Counted from the first letter of the stretch, positions 24,693 through 33,366 are shown. The stretch: DNA of 35,097 bases from Actinomycetota bacterium (GCA_039795655.1 JBDKLK010000001.1:1-35097), one strand, 5' to 3'. Notes: generated from the letters alone by a model not told the origin. Numbers and translations are program-made.

Positions 24693-25582
24693 CAGTTTCA
24701 ACTTACGAGATGTCGGAAGAGACAACAAAGCAATCAAAAGGTGCTTTGCGTAACAAGCGTGTTCGCACTTTCCTTTATGGAATTGCAAATCATTCAGGTC
24801 TATTCACACTTGCAATGATGTTTGTCTTCCCGTTCTACCTTGTAATCATCGTTTCATTGATGAATGGTGACCAAGCGTTGATGAGAAGTTTGTGGCCAAA
24901 TCCACTGACTTTTGAAAACTATCCTGAGGTTTTGAGCACAGTTCCTTTCCTTCAGTGGACTTGGAACACATTTGTGATTGCAGCGTTGAGTGTGGTTGGT
25001 GCAGTTATTGCAAACGTGCCTCCTGCATATGCGTTATCGCACTTGCACTGGAAAGGTCGCCAGACGGTTTTCGTTTTTATTCTGGGTACAATGATGTTGC
25101 CTGGACAGGTAACGATGATTCCGATTTACGTAACCTTTGCTAAGTTCGGTTGGATTCCATCGAACTTGCCGTTGATTGTTCCTAACTTCTTCGCTGGTGC
25201 ATTCTCGATCTTCTTGCTCCGCCAATTCTTTGTGAGTATTCCTTCAGAATTGACCGACGCAGGTCGTGTTGATGGGTGTAGCGAATGGCAGCTGATGATG
25301 AGAATTATTGTGCCGCTAGCCAAACCAGCGATTTACGCAATTGCGATCTTTACCTTTATCGGCCAATGGAATGACTTCTTTGGTGCAAAGATTTATTTGT
25401 CAGCAGATCCAGATCTTTGGACACTCGGTATTGGTTTGACGCAGTTCGGTAATGAACACGCAACAAATATGAATACAACGATGGCCGCATCGGTGTTGTT
25501 TATGTTGCCGCTGATTGTCGTCTTCTTCTTCGCACAAAAAGTGTTCGTCGAAGGTGTTACGTTGACCGGTGTTAAAGGTTAA
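24689..25582 (+). CDS. Carbohydrate ABC transporter permease (MalG-like)
   Basis: EAA loop LTDAGRVDGCSEWQLMMRIIVPLAKP. It has a 4-nt overlap with the upstream permease gene. Confidence 0.85.
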   Translation: MTVSTYEMSEETTKQSKGALRNKRVRTFLYGIANHSGLFTLAMMFVFPFYLVIIVSLMNGDQALMRSLWPNPLTFENYPEVLSTVPFLQWTWNTFVIAALSVVGAVIANVPPAYALSHLHWKGRQTVFVFILGTMMLPGQVTMIPIYVTFAKFGWIPSNLPLIVPNFFAGAFSIFLLRQFFVSIPSELTDAGRVDGCSEWQLMMRIIVPLAKPAIYAIAIFTFIGQWNDFFGAKIYLSADPDLWTLGIGLTQFGNEHATNMNTTMAASVLFMLPLIVVFFFAQKVFVEGVTLTGVKG

Positions 25583-25594
25583 TCATAAATAATT

Positions 25595-25632
25595 AAATGG
25601 CTGCTTAGTTCTTGTGAACTAAGCAGCCATTT
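25595..25632. terminator. Bidirectional rho-independent terminator shared by the convergent ABC operon and nagA
   Basis: AAATGGCTGCTTAGTT (25595-25610), loop CTTGTG, AACTAAGCAGCCATTT (25617-25632). This is a perfect 16-bp stem, flanked by a T run on the plus strand and an A/T-rich run on the minus strand. Confidence 0.85.
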
Positions 25633-26714
25633 TTATAAACAGAATTAATTGAATTATTCCAAAGGATGAAGTCGGCTTTCTTGCCAATCTCCAAAGCGCC
25701 AGTGTTCAAACCAATTGCTTTAGCTGGCGCGGTTGAGCAGGCCCAGGCTGCTTCAACGAGATCAAATCCGTAAACCGAAACTAGGCGAGAAAAAACTCGT
25801 TCCATATTCAGTGTACTGCCGGCAAGTGTGCTTGTGCCAGCAATTACAGCGACATCATCTGCACAAGTGACTTTCATTCCGCCGAGGTCATAATCTCCAT
25901 CTGGCATACCGGCAGCGGATATTGCATCTGTGATGGCAATGACTTTTCGTCCTTTTGCTTTGTGTGCAAGTTGGATGCTCAAGTCGCCAACATGTTTTCC
26001 ATCAGTAATTAATTCAACTGATAGACGATCATCGGTTAATGAGACATCTGCCAAGCTGCTTTCACGGTGATGCAGAGAACGCATTGCATTGAACAAATGT
26101 GTGACAACTGTTGCACCAGCATTTACGCCAATAGTTGCTTCATCTGAGTTTGCATCTGAATGACCGAGAGCAACCGTGACACCCGCACCAACAAACCTCT
26201 TGATTGAACCGATTGCATTTTCAAGTTCTGGTGCGATTGTGATGAGTTTTAAAACTCCGTCAGACGCTGAAATAATATTTTCAACATCTTCACTATTTGG
26301 TGCAGTTAAGACTGCTGGATTTTGTGCGCCGCATTTTGCGCCAGACAAAAATGGACCTTCAAAATGTGCACCTGCAATAGTGCCATCATTTGCAAAAGGT
26401 TTTAGAGCTTTAAGAAGTTCGATTTGTTTTGCAACCGGTGCACTTACCAAACTTGCTAGCACTGCAGTGGTTCCGTGCTTTAAATGGAAATCTGCCGCGT
26501 TTTTAACGTTCGATGGATCGTCGAATGAAAAACCGCCACCGCCGTGACAATGGATGTCGACGAAGCCAGGAATCAATACGCCATCGAAAACAACATCAGC
26601 ATCACCTGAAGAATGAATTCCTGTGATTAATCCAGTGGTTTCATCAAACTCGATAATTCCGTTTGAAATTATTTCAGAAGGAGTTACGAGTTGAGATGCT
26701 TTAACGCGAACCAT
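25605..26714 (-). CDS. nagA: N-acetylglucosamine-6-phosphate deacetylase
   Basis: Motifs DIHCHGGGGF, HFEGPF, ALGHSDA, THLFNAM and ITDAISAAG. ATG 26714 (MVRVKASQL...) lies 4 nt after the upstream stop. The ORF-track TTG at 26732 is an alternative start. Confidence 0.85.
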   Translation of the reverse strand: MVRVKASQLVTPSEIISNGIIEFDETTGLITGIHSSGDADVVFDGVLIPGFVDIHCHGGGGFSFDDPSNVKNAADFHLKHGTTAVLASLVSAPVAKQIELLKALKPFANDGTIAGAHFEGPFLSGAKCGAQNPAVLTAPNSEDVENIISASDGVLKLITIAPELENAIGSIKRFVGAGVTVALGHSDANSDEATIGVNAGATVVTHLFNAMRSLHHRESSLADVSLTDDRLSVELITDGKHVGDLSIQLAHKAKGRKVIAITDAISAAGMPDGDYDLGGMKVTCADDVAVIAGTSTLAGSTLNMERVFSRLVSVYGFDLVEAAWACSTAPAKAIGLNTGALEIGKKADFILWNNSINSVYKNGCLVHKN

Positions 26715-26718
26715 GAGT

Positions 26719-27597
26719 TCAGGATAGAACAACAGAGCGAGAAAGGTGACGCGGTTGGTCCGGATTCACATTTCGCTTGCGTGCCAATTCAGCAGCTGTG
26801 CGATGTGCAAGCACCAAGTGAGCCATTGGATCAATGTCGCGGGTTTCGAAGAAAGCACCGGTTGCTTCAACATCTTTTTGAAGATTTTCCGGTGGTGTGC
26901 CGAAACACCAAACAACACGTCCTGGCTGTGCAATAGAGATTGGTCCGTGACGGTAATCCATTGCTGGGTGAGTTTCAGCCCAGAACTGCGCGGTTTCGCG
27001 AGTCTTCAAAGCTGCTTCACTAGCCATTGCGATTGACCAGCCTGTTCCAAGGAAAGAAATTTGTTCCGCTGATGCATATTGTTCAACCGATTCATTCAGC
27101 ATCAATGCTGCATCCGCAGAGGCTTTGGTCAAGTCTTGACCGATATGTGCACGAAGGAGTGCCAAAGTGCTGGTCGCAAATCGTGTTGAAACTACAGATT
27201 TTTCAGAAGCGAAATCCAAAACAATTGAGTGGCTAGCTGCTTCTGTAGCCGGTGACTCGTGCTTTTCGGTAATAACAACGGTCGGAACCTTGCCCTTTAG
27301 CTTGGAAAGGACGCCTACAGTTTCGGTGGTTGTGCCGGTGCGGGTGAGAGCGATAACACGATCGTAAGGGCGGTTGTAGTTCATTTCGCTGGCTGTGAAT
27401 GAGTCTGCCTCACCTTGACCTGTGCTCTCGCGGAGAAGGGCAAAAGCCATCGACATGAACCAAGAGGTGCCGCAGCCAACTACCGCCACTCGCTCACCCT
27501 TTTGGGGCAGAATTTCGCGAAATTGCCCAGCAAGGGCCGCAGCCTCGAGCCAGTTTTCTGGTTGGGTGGATATCTCTGAGTCGATGTGGAAGGTCAT
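26719..27597 (-). CDS. SIS-domain sugar-phosphate isomerase/deaminase (GlmS C-terminal-like; probable GlcN-6-P deaminase by context)
   Basis: 292-aa ORF with SIS signature RVAVVGCGTSWFMS and a second SIS-like half (ISFLGTGWSIAMASEAALK). AAGGAGCG SD. It lies upstream of nagA in the same operon. Confidence 0.7.
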   Translation of the reverse strand: MTFHIDSEISTQPENWLEAAALAGQFREILPQKGERVAVVGCGTSWFMSMAFALLRESTGQGEADSFTASEMNYNRPYDRVIALTRTGTTTETVGVLSKLKGKVPTVVITEKHESPATEAASHSIVLDFASEKSVVSTRFATSTLALLRAHIGQDLTKASADAALMLNESVEQYASAEQISFLGTGWSIAMASEAALKTRETAQFWAETHPAMDYRHGPISIAQPGRVVWCFGTPPENLQKDVEATGAFFETRDIDPMAHLVLAHRTAAELARKRNVNPDQPRHLSRSVVLS

Positions 27598-27653
27598 CTT
27601 GGGGCGCTCCTTGGGGCTTTAGGGCTCTCTGCTAGGCGTATTTAGTGATTTAT

Positions 27654-27673
27654 TGTAAAGTATCCTAACGCAA
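27654..27673. promoter_or_regulatory. 20-nt motif TGTAAAGTATCCTAACGCAA shared (16/20) with 22256-22275, a candidate common operator/promoter element of the GlcNAc regulon
   Basis: Ungapped alignment to TGTAAGTTACCCTAACACAA at 22256-22275 gives 16 identities. Both copies lie 54-62 nt upstream of a plus-strand ATG in divergent promoter regions. This copy contains a TAAAGT -10-like hexamer. Confidence 0.4.
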
Positions 27674-27727
27674 TATAGGTAGGTTGATTAAAAAGTTAAC
27701 CTATTTTTACCAAATTCCAGGAGGGAC

Positions 27728-28948
27728 ATGAGTGAAGTAACCGCTCAGGTAGTTCCCTCATATCTACGTGAACTCAATGAAAGAAGAGTTCTAGATATTT
27801 TGCGCGAACAAGGCCCTGCTCACGCAGCAGAAATTGCGCGCCTGGCAGGACTATCGCGCCCAACCTCCGCTCAAGTTTTGCGCGCCCTTGTTGAAGTAGG
27901 TCTCGTAAGAGAAGAAATGCCGATGAGTGGTGATCCGCGTCGTGCACGTTCAATGTTTTATGCGGTTTCGGATTTAGGTGCAGTCTTAACAGTAGATATT
28001 GGTGCAAGATTTATTCGTGCAGCTGTCAGCGATATCAACGGCACCACTATTGCAACCGCAAGTCATCCACTTAGTGACACCAAACTTTCTAACGTCATCA
28101 AAACTGTTCATTCTGCAGTTGATGAAGTTCTTAACAAATCAAACTACACCTTAAAAGATATTTTGAGTTTTGTAGTTGGCTCGCCAGGTGTGGTTGATCA
28201 AACTGCCGGACAAATTGCGATAGCAGGAACGATAAGTGAACTGGAAGGTGTAGATCTTGCAGATTTGCTTGAAAAAGAATTCGGATTTAAACCATCAATT
28301 GAAAATGATGTAAACCTAGTTGCAATTGCTGAACAAAATTTTGGTGCCGGAAAGAATCTTGAAACTTTTGCAGTGCTATCTGTGGGTTCAGGTATTGGTG
28401 CTGGATTAATCATCAATGGCGAACTTCATCGTGGGCATCGTGGTGCAGCTGGCGAAGTTTTCTACATTCCGCTTTCTGGTGAAGATGATAAACGCCACAG
28501 CAGCACTGACCCATCAAGTGCAAATGTTGAAGCGTTTGCTGCATCTATTGCCAAAAACTATCCAGATACAAAACTTAAAGCACCTTACAAAACTGTAGAT
28601 ATTTTCCAAGCTGCTCGAGAAAAAGATGCATTTGCATTGGCAGTGGTTACTAACGTTGCCCACCGAATTGCCCTCTATGTTGCTTCGGTTACCTCAGTAA
28701 TTGATGTTGAATCAGTGATTCTTAGCGGTGGTATCGGCCGCCAAGCTGATGTGCTGCTTGCAGAAATCCAGTCTGTTTCATCTCAGATGGTTCCATTTGT
28801 GCCGAATATTCAAGTAACCGAACTTGGTGACAATGCAGTTTTGCTTGGTGCAAACGCGCTTGCAACCAAAATTGCACAAGACGGAGTGTTTGCTCGTCGA
28901 TCGAATGCTTATTCAGCCGCTAGAGAAAATGTAGAGATTGCGCAATGA
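27728..28948 (+). CDS. ROK-family transcriptional regulator (NagC/Mlc-like) lacking the Zn-binding Cys motif
   Basis: AGGAGG SD. N-terminal wHTH RVLDILREQGPAHAAEIARLAGLSRPTSAQVLRALVEVGLV. ROK sugar-kinase-like fold (VDIGARFIRAAV, ENDVNLVAIAE, GIGAGLIINGELHRGHRGAAGE). The protein contains no cysteine at all. Confidence 0.8.
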   Translation: MSEVTAQVVPSYLRELNERRVLDILREQGPAHAAEIARLAGLSRPTSAQVLRALVEVGLVREEMPMSGDPRRARSMFYAVSDLGAVLTVDIGARFIRAAVSDINGTTIATASHPLSDTKLSNVIKTVHSAVDEVLNKSNYTLKDILSFVVGSPGVVDQTAGQIAIAGTISELEGVDLADLLEKEFGFKPSIENDVNLVAIAEQNFGAGKNLETFAVLSVGSGIGAGLIINGELHRGHRGAAGEVFYIPLSGEDDKRHSSTDPSSANVEAFAASIAKNYPDTKLKAPYKTVDIFQAAREKDAFALAVVTNVAHRIALYVASVTSVIDVESVILSGGIGRQADVLLAEIQSVSSQMVPFVPNIQVTELGDNAVLLGANALATKIAQDGVFARRSNAYSAARENVEIAQ

Positions 28949-30228
28949 AATTAGCTGTTATTGGTGGTGGTTCCACTTACACCCCGGAATTAATAGATGG
29001 CGTTTTGCTTAGACGTGATCGTTTACCTATCACCACTATCACACTTTGCGACATTAATCCTGAGCGCCTAAAGATAGTTAGTGATTTCGCAAAAAGAATG
29101 GTTGCGGCTTCTGGTGGCGGTATCGAAATCGAAACCACGGAGAGCCAAGCTGACGCTGTTAAAGGTGCAAGATTTGTGGTTAGCCAATTCCGCATTGGTC
29201 AACAAGCTGCGCGCCACCGCGATGAATTGTTAGGTCGTGAGTTCAATCTTGTTGGTCAAGAGACTGTTGGAGTCGGTGGATTCGCGAAGGGCCTTCGAAC
29301 AATTCCAGTTGCATTGAAACTTGCAGACGAAATTATCAAACACGCACCAGATGCCCAACTTCTCAACTTTACAAATCCAGCAGGCATGATTACTGAGGCT
29401 TTGCTTTCACAACGACCACAGTTGAACACAATTGGACTTTGCAATGTGCCTTGGAATATCAAGAACGAAATTTCTACCACTCTAGATAAACCATTCAAAG
29501 ATTTAGAACTTGATTACATCGGTTTGAATCACTTGTCTTGGGTTCGAGGGTTGCGTTTTGAAGGCCAGGATCTCTCGAACGATGCAATTCGTGGTTTTAG
29601 AGGACTGACCGGAAAACAAGCGCCAGGGGATGATGATCCGATTTGGCAGCCTGAAAGCATCGACATGATTGATGCGATTCCAAACTACTACTTGCTTTAT
29701 TACTACGAGACTCAGCAATGGCTGTCTTACCAAAAGAAACATAACACTCGCGCAAGTGAGGTTATGGAAATTGAAGCTGAGCTATTCAAGAAGTACCAAG
29801 ATCCAGAACTGAAACACAAGCCTGAAGAATTGATGAAGCGCGGTGGTGCTTACTACTCAGATTCAGCTGCTGAATTGATGGCAGATATCGCATCAGATGC
29901 AAACACAATTCATATTGTTAACGCTAAGCATGCAGGCGCGGTTCCGGGAATGATTCCAGACACAGTTATGGAAATTCCTTGCCGCATCAATGCAAAGGGT
30001 GCAACTCCGATTCCAACATCTGCAATGCGTCCAGATGTGCATTCACTGGTTACTACTGTAAAAGACTTTGAGCTTTTAACAATTCAAGCCGCAGTGCATG
30101 GAGATAGCGATGCAGCATTGCGGGCATTGCTTACAAATCCACTTGGTCCAGATCTGTCGATAGCACCAAAAGTTTGGCAGCGCTTGAAAGAAGAACACAA
30201 AGGTTTGCTTGGAGCGCTCGATGACTGA
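28945..30228 (+). CDS. Glycoside hydrolase family 4 enzyme (6-phospho-beta-glucosidase / chitobiose-6-P hydrolase-like)
   Basis: N-terminal NAD fold MKLAVIGGGSTYTPELI. Motifs LNFTNPAG, GLCNVP and YIGLNHLSW. It has a 4-nt overlap with the ROK gene. Confidence 0.8.
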   Translation: MKLAVIGGGSTYTPELIDGVLLRRDRLPITTITLCDINPERLKIVSDFAKRMVAASGGGIEIETTESQADAVKGARFVVSQFRIGQQAARHRDELLGREFNLVGQETVGVGGFAKGLRTIPVALKLADEIIKHAPDAQLLNFTNPAGMITEALLSQRPQLNTIGLCNVPWNIKNEISTTLDKPFKDLELDYIGLNHLSWVRGLRFEGQDLSNDAIRGFRGLTGKQAPGDDDPIWQPESIDMIDAIPNYYLLYYYETQQWLSYQKKHNTRASEVMEIEAELFKKYQDPELKHKPEELMKRGGAYYSDSAAELMADIASDANTIHIVNAKHAGAVPGMIPDTVMEIPCRINAKGATPIPTSAMRPDVHSLVTTVKDFELLTIQAAVHGDSDAALRALLTNPLGPDLSIAPKVWQRLKEEHKGLLGALDD

Positions 30229-31219
30229 TATTTATCTTGGAGTTGATGCTGGCGGTACAAAAACTCACGCTGCAGTTATGAATTCACTTGGAGAAATCAT
30301 TGGTGTTGGCGTCGCAGGTACAGGCAACTGGGAAAGAGTTGGCCTAACTGCTGCAGTTCGCGAACTATTTGTGGCAATTGATGAAGCTTTGCTAGACGCA
30401 AACTGTGATCGCGCTTCTGTTAAGTATGCAACTTTTGCACTAGCTGGAATCGACTGGCAATCCGACCAAGAAATGATGGCGGAAGCCATCGCAAAGAATG
30501 GATTGGGCTGCAAGCCCGCTGTGATGAATGATGCCTTCGCAGTTCTTTATGCAGGAAGCCCAACGGGAAATGGCGTTGCTTCAATTGCTGGAACTGGCGG
30601 CAAAACTGTTGCTAGTGATTTGAAACAAACCAAAGAAACTTTGGGCATGCATCTTGGTGAAGGTGGTGGAGCTGGCCAGATTGTTAGCCTGGCACTTGAA
30701 ACACTTGCCAAAATGCATCACGGCCAAATTGCAAAAACTCCAATGTTTGATCGAGTTATCAAAGCTTTGGGACAGAAAGATTCGAATTCCTTTTTCCAAG
30801 CCGTGGCTAGAGAAAATCTTGGGATTGATGAATCACTTGCACCAATCTTTTTTGAGTTGGCCACCGCAGGAGATGATGCTGCAATTGAAATTGTTACAGC
30901 GACAGCTCACCAACATGCGCACGATGTTATTGGCATAGTTTCACAAATGAATTTCAGTGGAGAAATTCCACTAATTCGTGCTGGCGGTTTACACACTGCA
31001 GAAAATGACATTTTCGATTCTGCGTTCAATCAAATCATTGATTCATCAGGTTTTGTTTTCAAATCAAACGTTTTGAGTGTTGTGCCAGTTGTTGGAGCTC
31101 TAATGCACGCAGCATTGGTGAATAACGGTGGCATGTCTGCCGAAGTTCGGGCGCAGTTGCTGAAAGATGCAAACGGCCGAGATAACGATTTCAGATTAAC
31201 TAATTTACAAGCAGGGTAG
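30221..31219 (+). CDS. BadF/BadG/BcrA/BcrD-type ASKHA ATPase (N-acetylglucosamine kinase-like)
   Basis: ATG 30221 (MTDIYLGVDAGGTKTH...) overlaps the GH4 stop by 8 nt and is preferred over TTG 30209. It has the phosphate-1 motif DAGGTKT and the IAGTGG motif. Confidence 0.7.
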   Translation: MTDIYLGVDAGGTKTHAAVMNSLGEIIGVGVAGTGNWERVGLTAAVRELFVAIDEALLDANCDRASVKYATFALAGIDWQSDQEMMAEAIAKNGLGCKPAVMNDAFAVLYAGSPTGNGVASIAGTGGKTVASDLKQTKETLGMHLGEGGGAGQIVSLALETLAKMHHGQIAKTPMFDRVIKALGQKDSNSFFQAVARENLGIDESLAPIFFELATAGDDAAIEIVTATAHQHAHDVIGIVSQMNFSGEIPLIRAGGLHTAENDIFDSAFNQIIDSSGFVFKSNVLSVVPVVGALMHAALVNNGGMSAEVRAQLLKDANGRDNDFRLTNLQAG

Positions 31220-31227
31220 GAAACAAA

Positions 31228-32859
31228 ATGGTTGAAATCATTGGTGCAAATTCTTCACAAGAATCCGTCATCAACTTTTTCTTCAAGCGACACAACAGTG
31301 TTTTCGCTAACTACGACTGCAATGTCACTGTCTCAAAATCGAATGCAATGACTCGCGAAACTTTTGCGGTGACAGCAACTATCCAGAACAAGGCATTGAA
31401 CATCGAGCTTGCTGCAACCGATATTCATTCAGTTCGCTGGGGTTTGAATGCAGTTAACAAGTGGATTAAAGCTGGAGCCACCGAAAAACTTGAATTGCAA
31501 GACAAGCCAGATTTCCGCTGGCGTGGAGTGGTAGAAGGTTTTTATGGAAACCCTTGGACTCATCAGCAACGCCTAAAAGGTATTGAACACTTTGGTGATT
31601 TTGGTATGAATCTGTACCTAATTGCTCCTAAAGATGCCCAGTGGCAACGTTTCCAGTGGCGTAACCCATTAAACGAAGATTTCATGGCTGAACTTGCGGA
31701 ATTGATTACACGCGGAAACGAAAATGCAGTAGATGTATCAGCATGTGTTTCTCCAGGTTTGTCTGTAACTTATTCAAGCGACGAAGATGTTCAAGCCGTA
31801 GTGAACAAGTTCTTGCAAATGGCATCCGTTGGTGCAACACATTTTGGTCTTTTACTCGATGACATCCCAGATACTTTGACTCACGAAAACGATCTCGCGA
31901 AATACGGCAACGTTGCCCAAGCACACGCTGATTTTGCAAACCGAGTCCGTGCAAAACTCGTTGAAGCAAACCCGCTAGCTCACGTAATTCTTTGCCCAAT
32001 GCATTACGCAGGTCGCGGAACCGAGCCTTACTGCCATGTAATGGGCGACGAACTTCATCCGCAAATTGATTTGATGTGGACCGGTCGTGAAATCTGCAGC
32101 GGTTACTTAGACATCGCTGATGCTGTTGTGTTTGATCGCAGTACTCGCCGACCTCCTTTCTACTGGGACAACTACCCAGTTAATGACGGTTCAATGGCAA
32201 CCCGATTGCATATCGGTCCAATCGATGGTCGTGAAAAAGGTTTGCACAAATATTCAGCTGGCTTACTTGCTAATCCAATGGAACTTTTCGAAGCCTCACT
32301 TATTTCTCTTGGAACAATTGGTGATTACCTCTGGTCAACCGAAAAATATGCCGCATATGAATCGTGGGAAAGAATTCTTGTTGATTTGATTCCAGTTGAA
32401 GCTGATCGCAAAGCGACTAGAGAATTTTTCCGAAACTCTTTGGGCTTGACAGGTCATTGGTCTCCTGAGTTCAATCAAACTATTGGTGCTTGTTCAACCG
32501 CTTGGCGAAATGGCGAACCAGCAAAAGCTGCAGCAGCAGCTCGCGAAGCAGTAACGAAAATTCGCAATAATTCTGCAGTCATTAATGCAGATTCATATTG
32601 CGCTCCTTTGCTTCGCAACGAGATTGCGCCTTGGCTTGAAAAATACGCAAAAGGTGCAGAGTGGCTTGATGGAATGGCCGAAGTTTTGGACAAATGTGTA
32701 GCTGTTGAGGGCGAAGGCTTGCATGGACCTAAGTGGGGCTACCAACGTCTGATTGATCTTCGTGCTGATTTGAACACCACCACACGCAAGTTGTTTGGCG
32801 ACGGCTTTGACATCATGCTCGGGGAGCTCGCCGGTGAAATAAACTTCACTCGTGACTAA
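31228..32859 (+). CDS. GH84 beta-N-acetylglucosaminidase (O-GlcNAcase/NagJ-like), apparently cytoplasmic
   Basis: FRWRGVVEGFYGNPWTHQQR signature and catalytic Asp pair in FGLLLDDIPD (GAT GAC at 31858-31863). WDNYPVNDG segment. No signal peptide. Confidence 0.75.
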   Translation: MVEIIGANSSQESVINFFFKRHNSVFANYDCNVTVSKSNAMTRETFAVTATIQNKALNIELAATDIHSVRWGLNAVNKWIKAGATEKLELQDKPDFRWRGVVEGFYGNPWTHQQRLKGIEHFGDFGMNLYLIAPKDAQWQRFQWRNPLNEDFMAELAELITRGNENAVDVSACVSPGLSVTYSSDEDVQAVVNKFLQMASVGATHFGLLLDDIPDTLTHENDLAKYGNVAQAHADFANRVRAKLVEANPLAHVILCPMHYAGRGTEPYCHVMGDELHPQIDLMWTGREICSGYLDIADAVVFDRSTRRPPFYWDNYPVNDGSMATRLHIGPIDGREKGLHKYSAGLLANPMELFEASLISLGTIGDYLWSTEKYAAYESWERILVDLIPVEADRKATREFFRNSLGLTGHWSPEFNQTIGACSTAWRNGEPAKAAAAAREAVTKIRNNSAVINADSYCAPLLRNEIAPWLEKYAKGAEWLDGMAEVLDKCVAVEGEGLHGPKWGYQRLIDLRADLNTTTRKLFGDGFDIMLGELAGEINFTRD

Positions 32860-33340
32860 TTCGATTTACGATTTAACTTTCACCAAGAACTCTGGTGAAG
32901 AGGTCAGCCTCGGCCAGTTCAAGAATCATCCAATTCTGATTATTAATACTGCAAGCAAATGTGGCCTGACTCCACAGTATGCCGGGCTTCAGGAACTGCA
33001 TGAAAAGTATGCCGATTCAGGCTTGGTAGTAATCGGCTTCCCGTGTGATCAGTTTGCTCACCAAGAACCTGGAAGCGATGCAGAAATCGCTGAGTTTTGC
33101 TCTCTAAATTATGGCGTGAGTTTCACCATCACCAAAAAAGTGGATGTCAATGGTTCAAACGCGCACCCAATTTTCAAGTACTTGAAAAAGCATTCGGGTA
33201 GCTTTTTTGGAAGTGCAATCAAGTGGAATTTCACCAAGTTCCTAGTTTCCCCAGACGGAAAAACCATAAAGCGCTATGCGCCAACACTGCTGCCTGGTGC
33301 AATCGATTCTGACATCTCAAAAATGCTGGGAAAGAACTAA
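32852..33340 (+). CDS. Glutathione-peroxidase-family thiol peroxidase (Cys type)
   Basis: NTASKCGLTPQY active-site Cys context, FPCDQFAHQEPG and KWNFTKFLV. GTG start overlaps the GH84 stop by 8 nt. Confidence 0.8.
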   Translation: MTNSIYDLTFTKNSGEEVSLGQFKNHPILIINTASKCGLTPQYAGLQELHEKYADSGLVVIGFPCDQFAHQEPGSDAEIAEFCSLNYGVSFTITKKVDVNGSNAHPIFKYLKKHSGSFFGSAIKWNFTKFLVSPDGKTIKRYAPTLLPGAIDSDISKMLGKN

Positions 33341-33366
33341 ACTTAAGTTTGGTTTAGGAGATTTCA

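Noticed and set aside
472-30938. Numerous 60-155-aa ORFs nested antisense or out of frame inside long genes (for example 472-735, 978-1283, 1741-2019, 3157-3528, 4520-4789, 15761-16099, 18670-18981, 19435-19806, 23072-23539, 26176-26547, 26746-27036, 30654-30938)
   Set aside because: They overlap long ORFs that have clear family motifs. They have no SD or start context, and their translations are low-complexity or compositionally odd. For example, 1741-2019(-) is just the antisense of the Lys-rich tract. I treat them as shadow ORFs.
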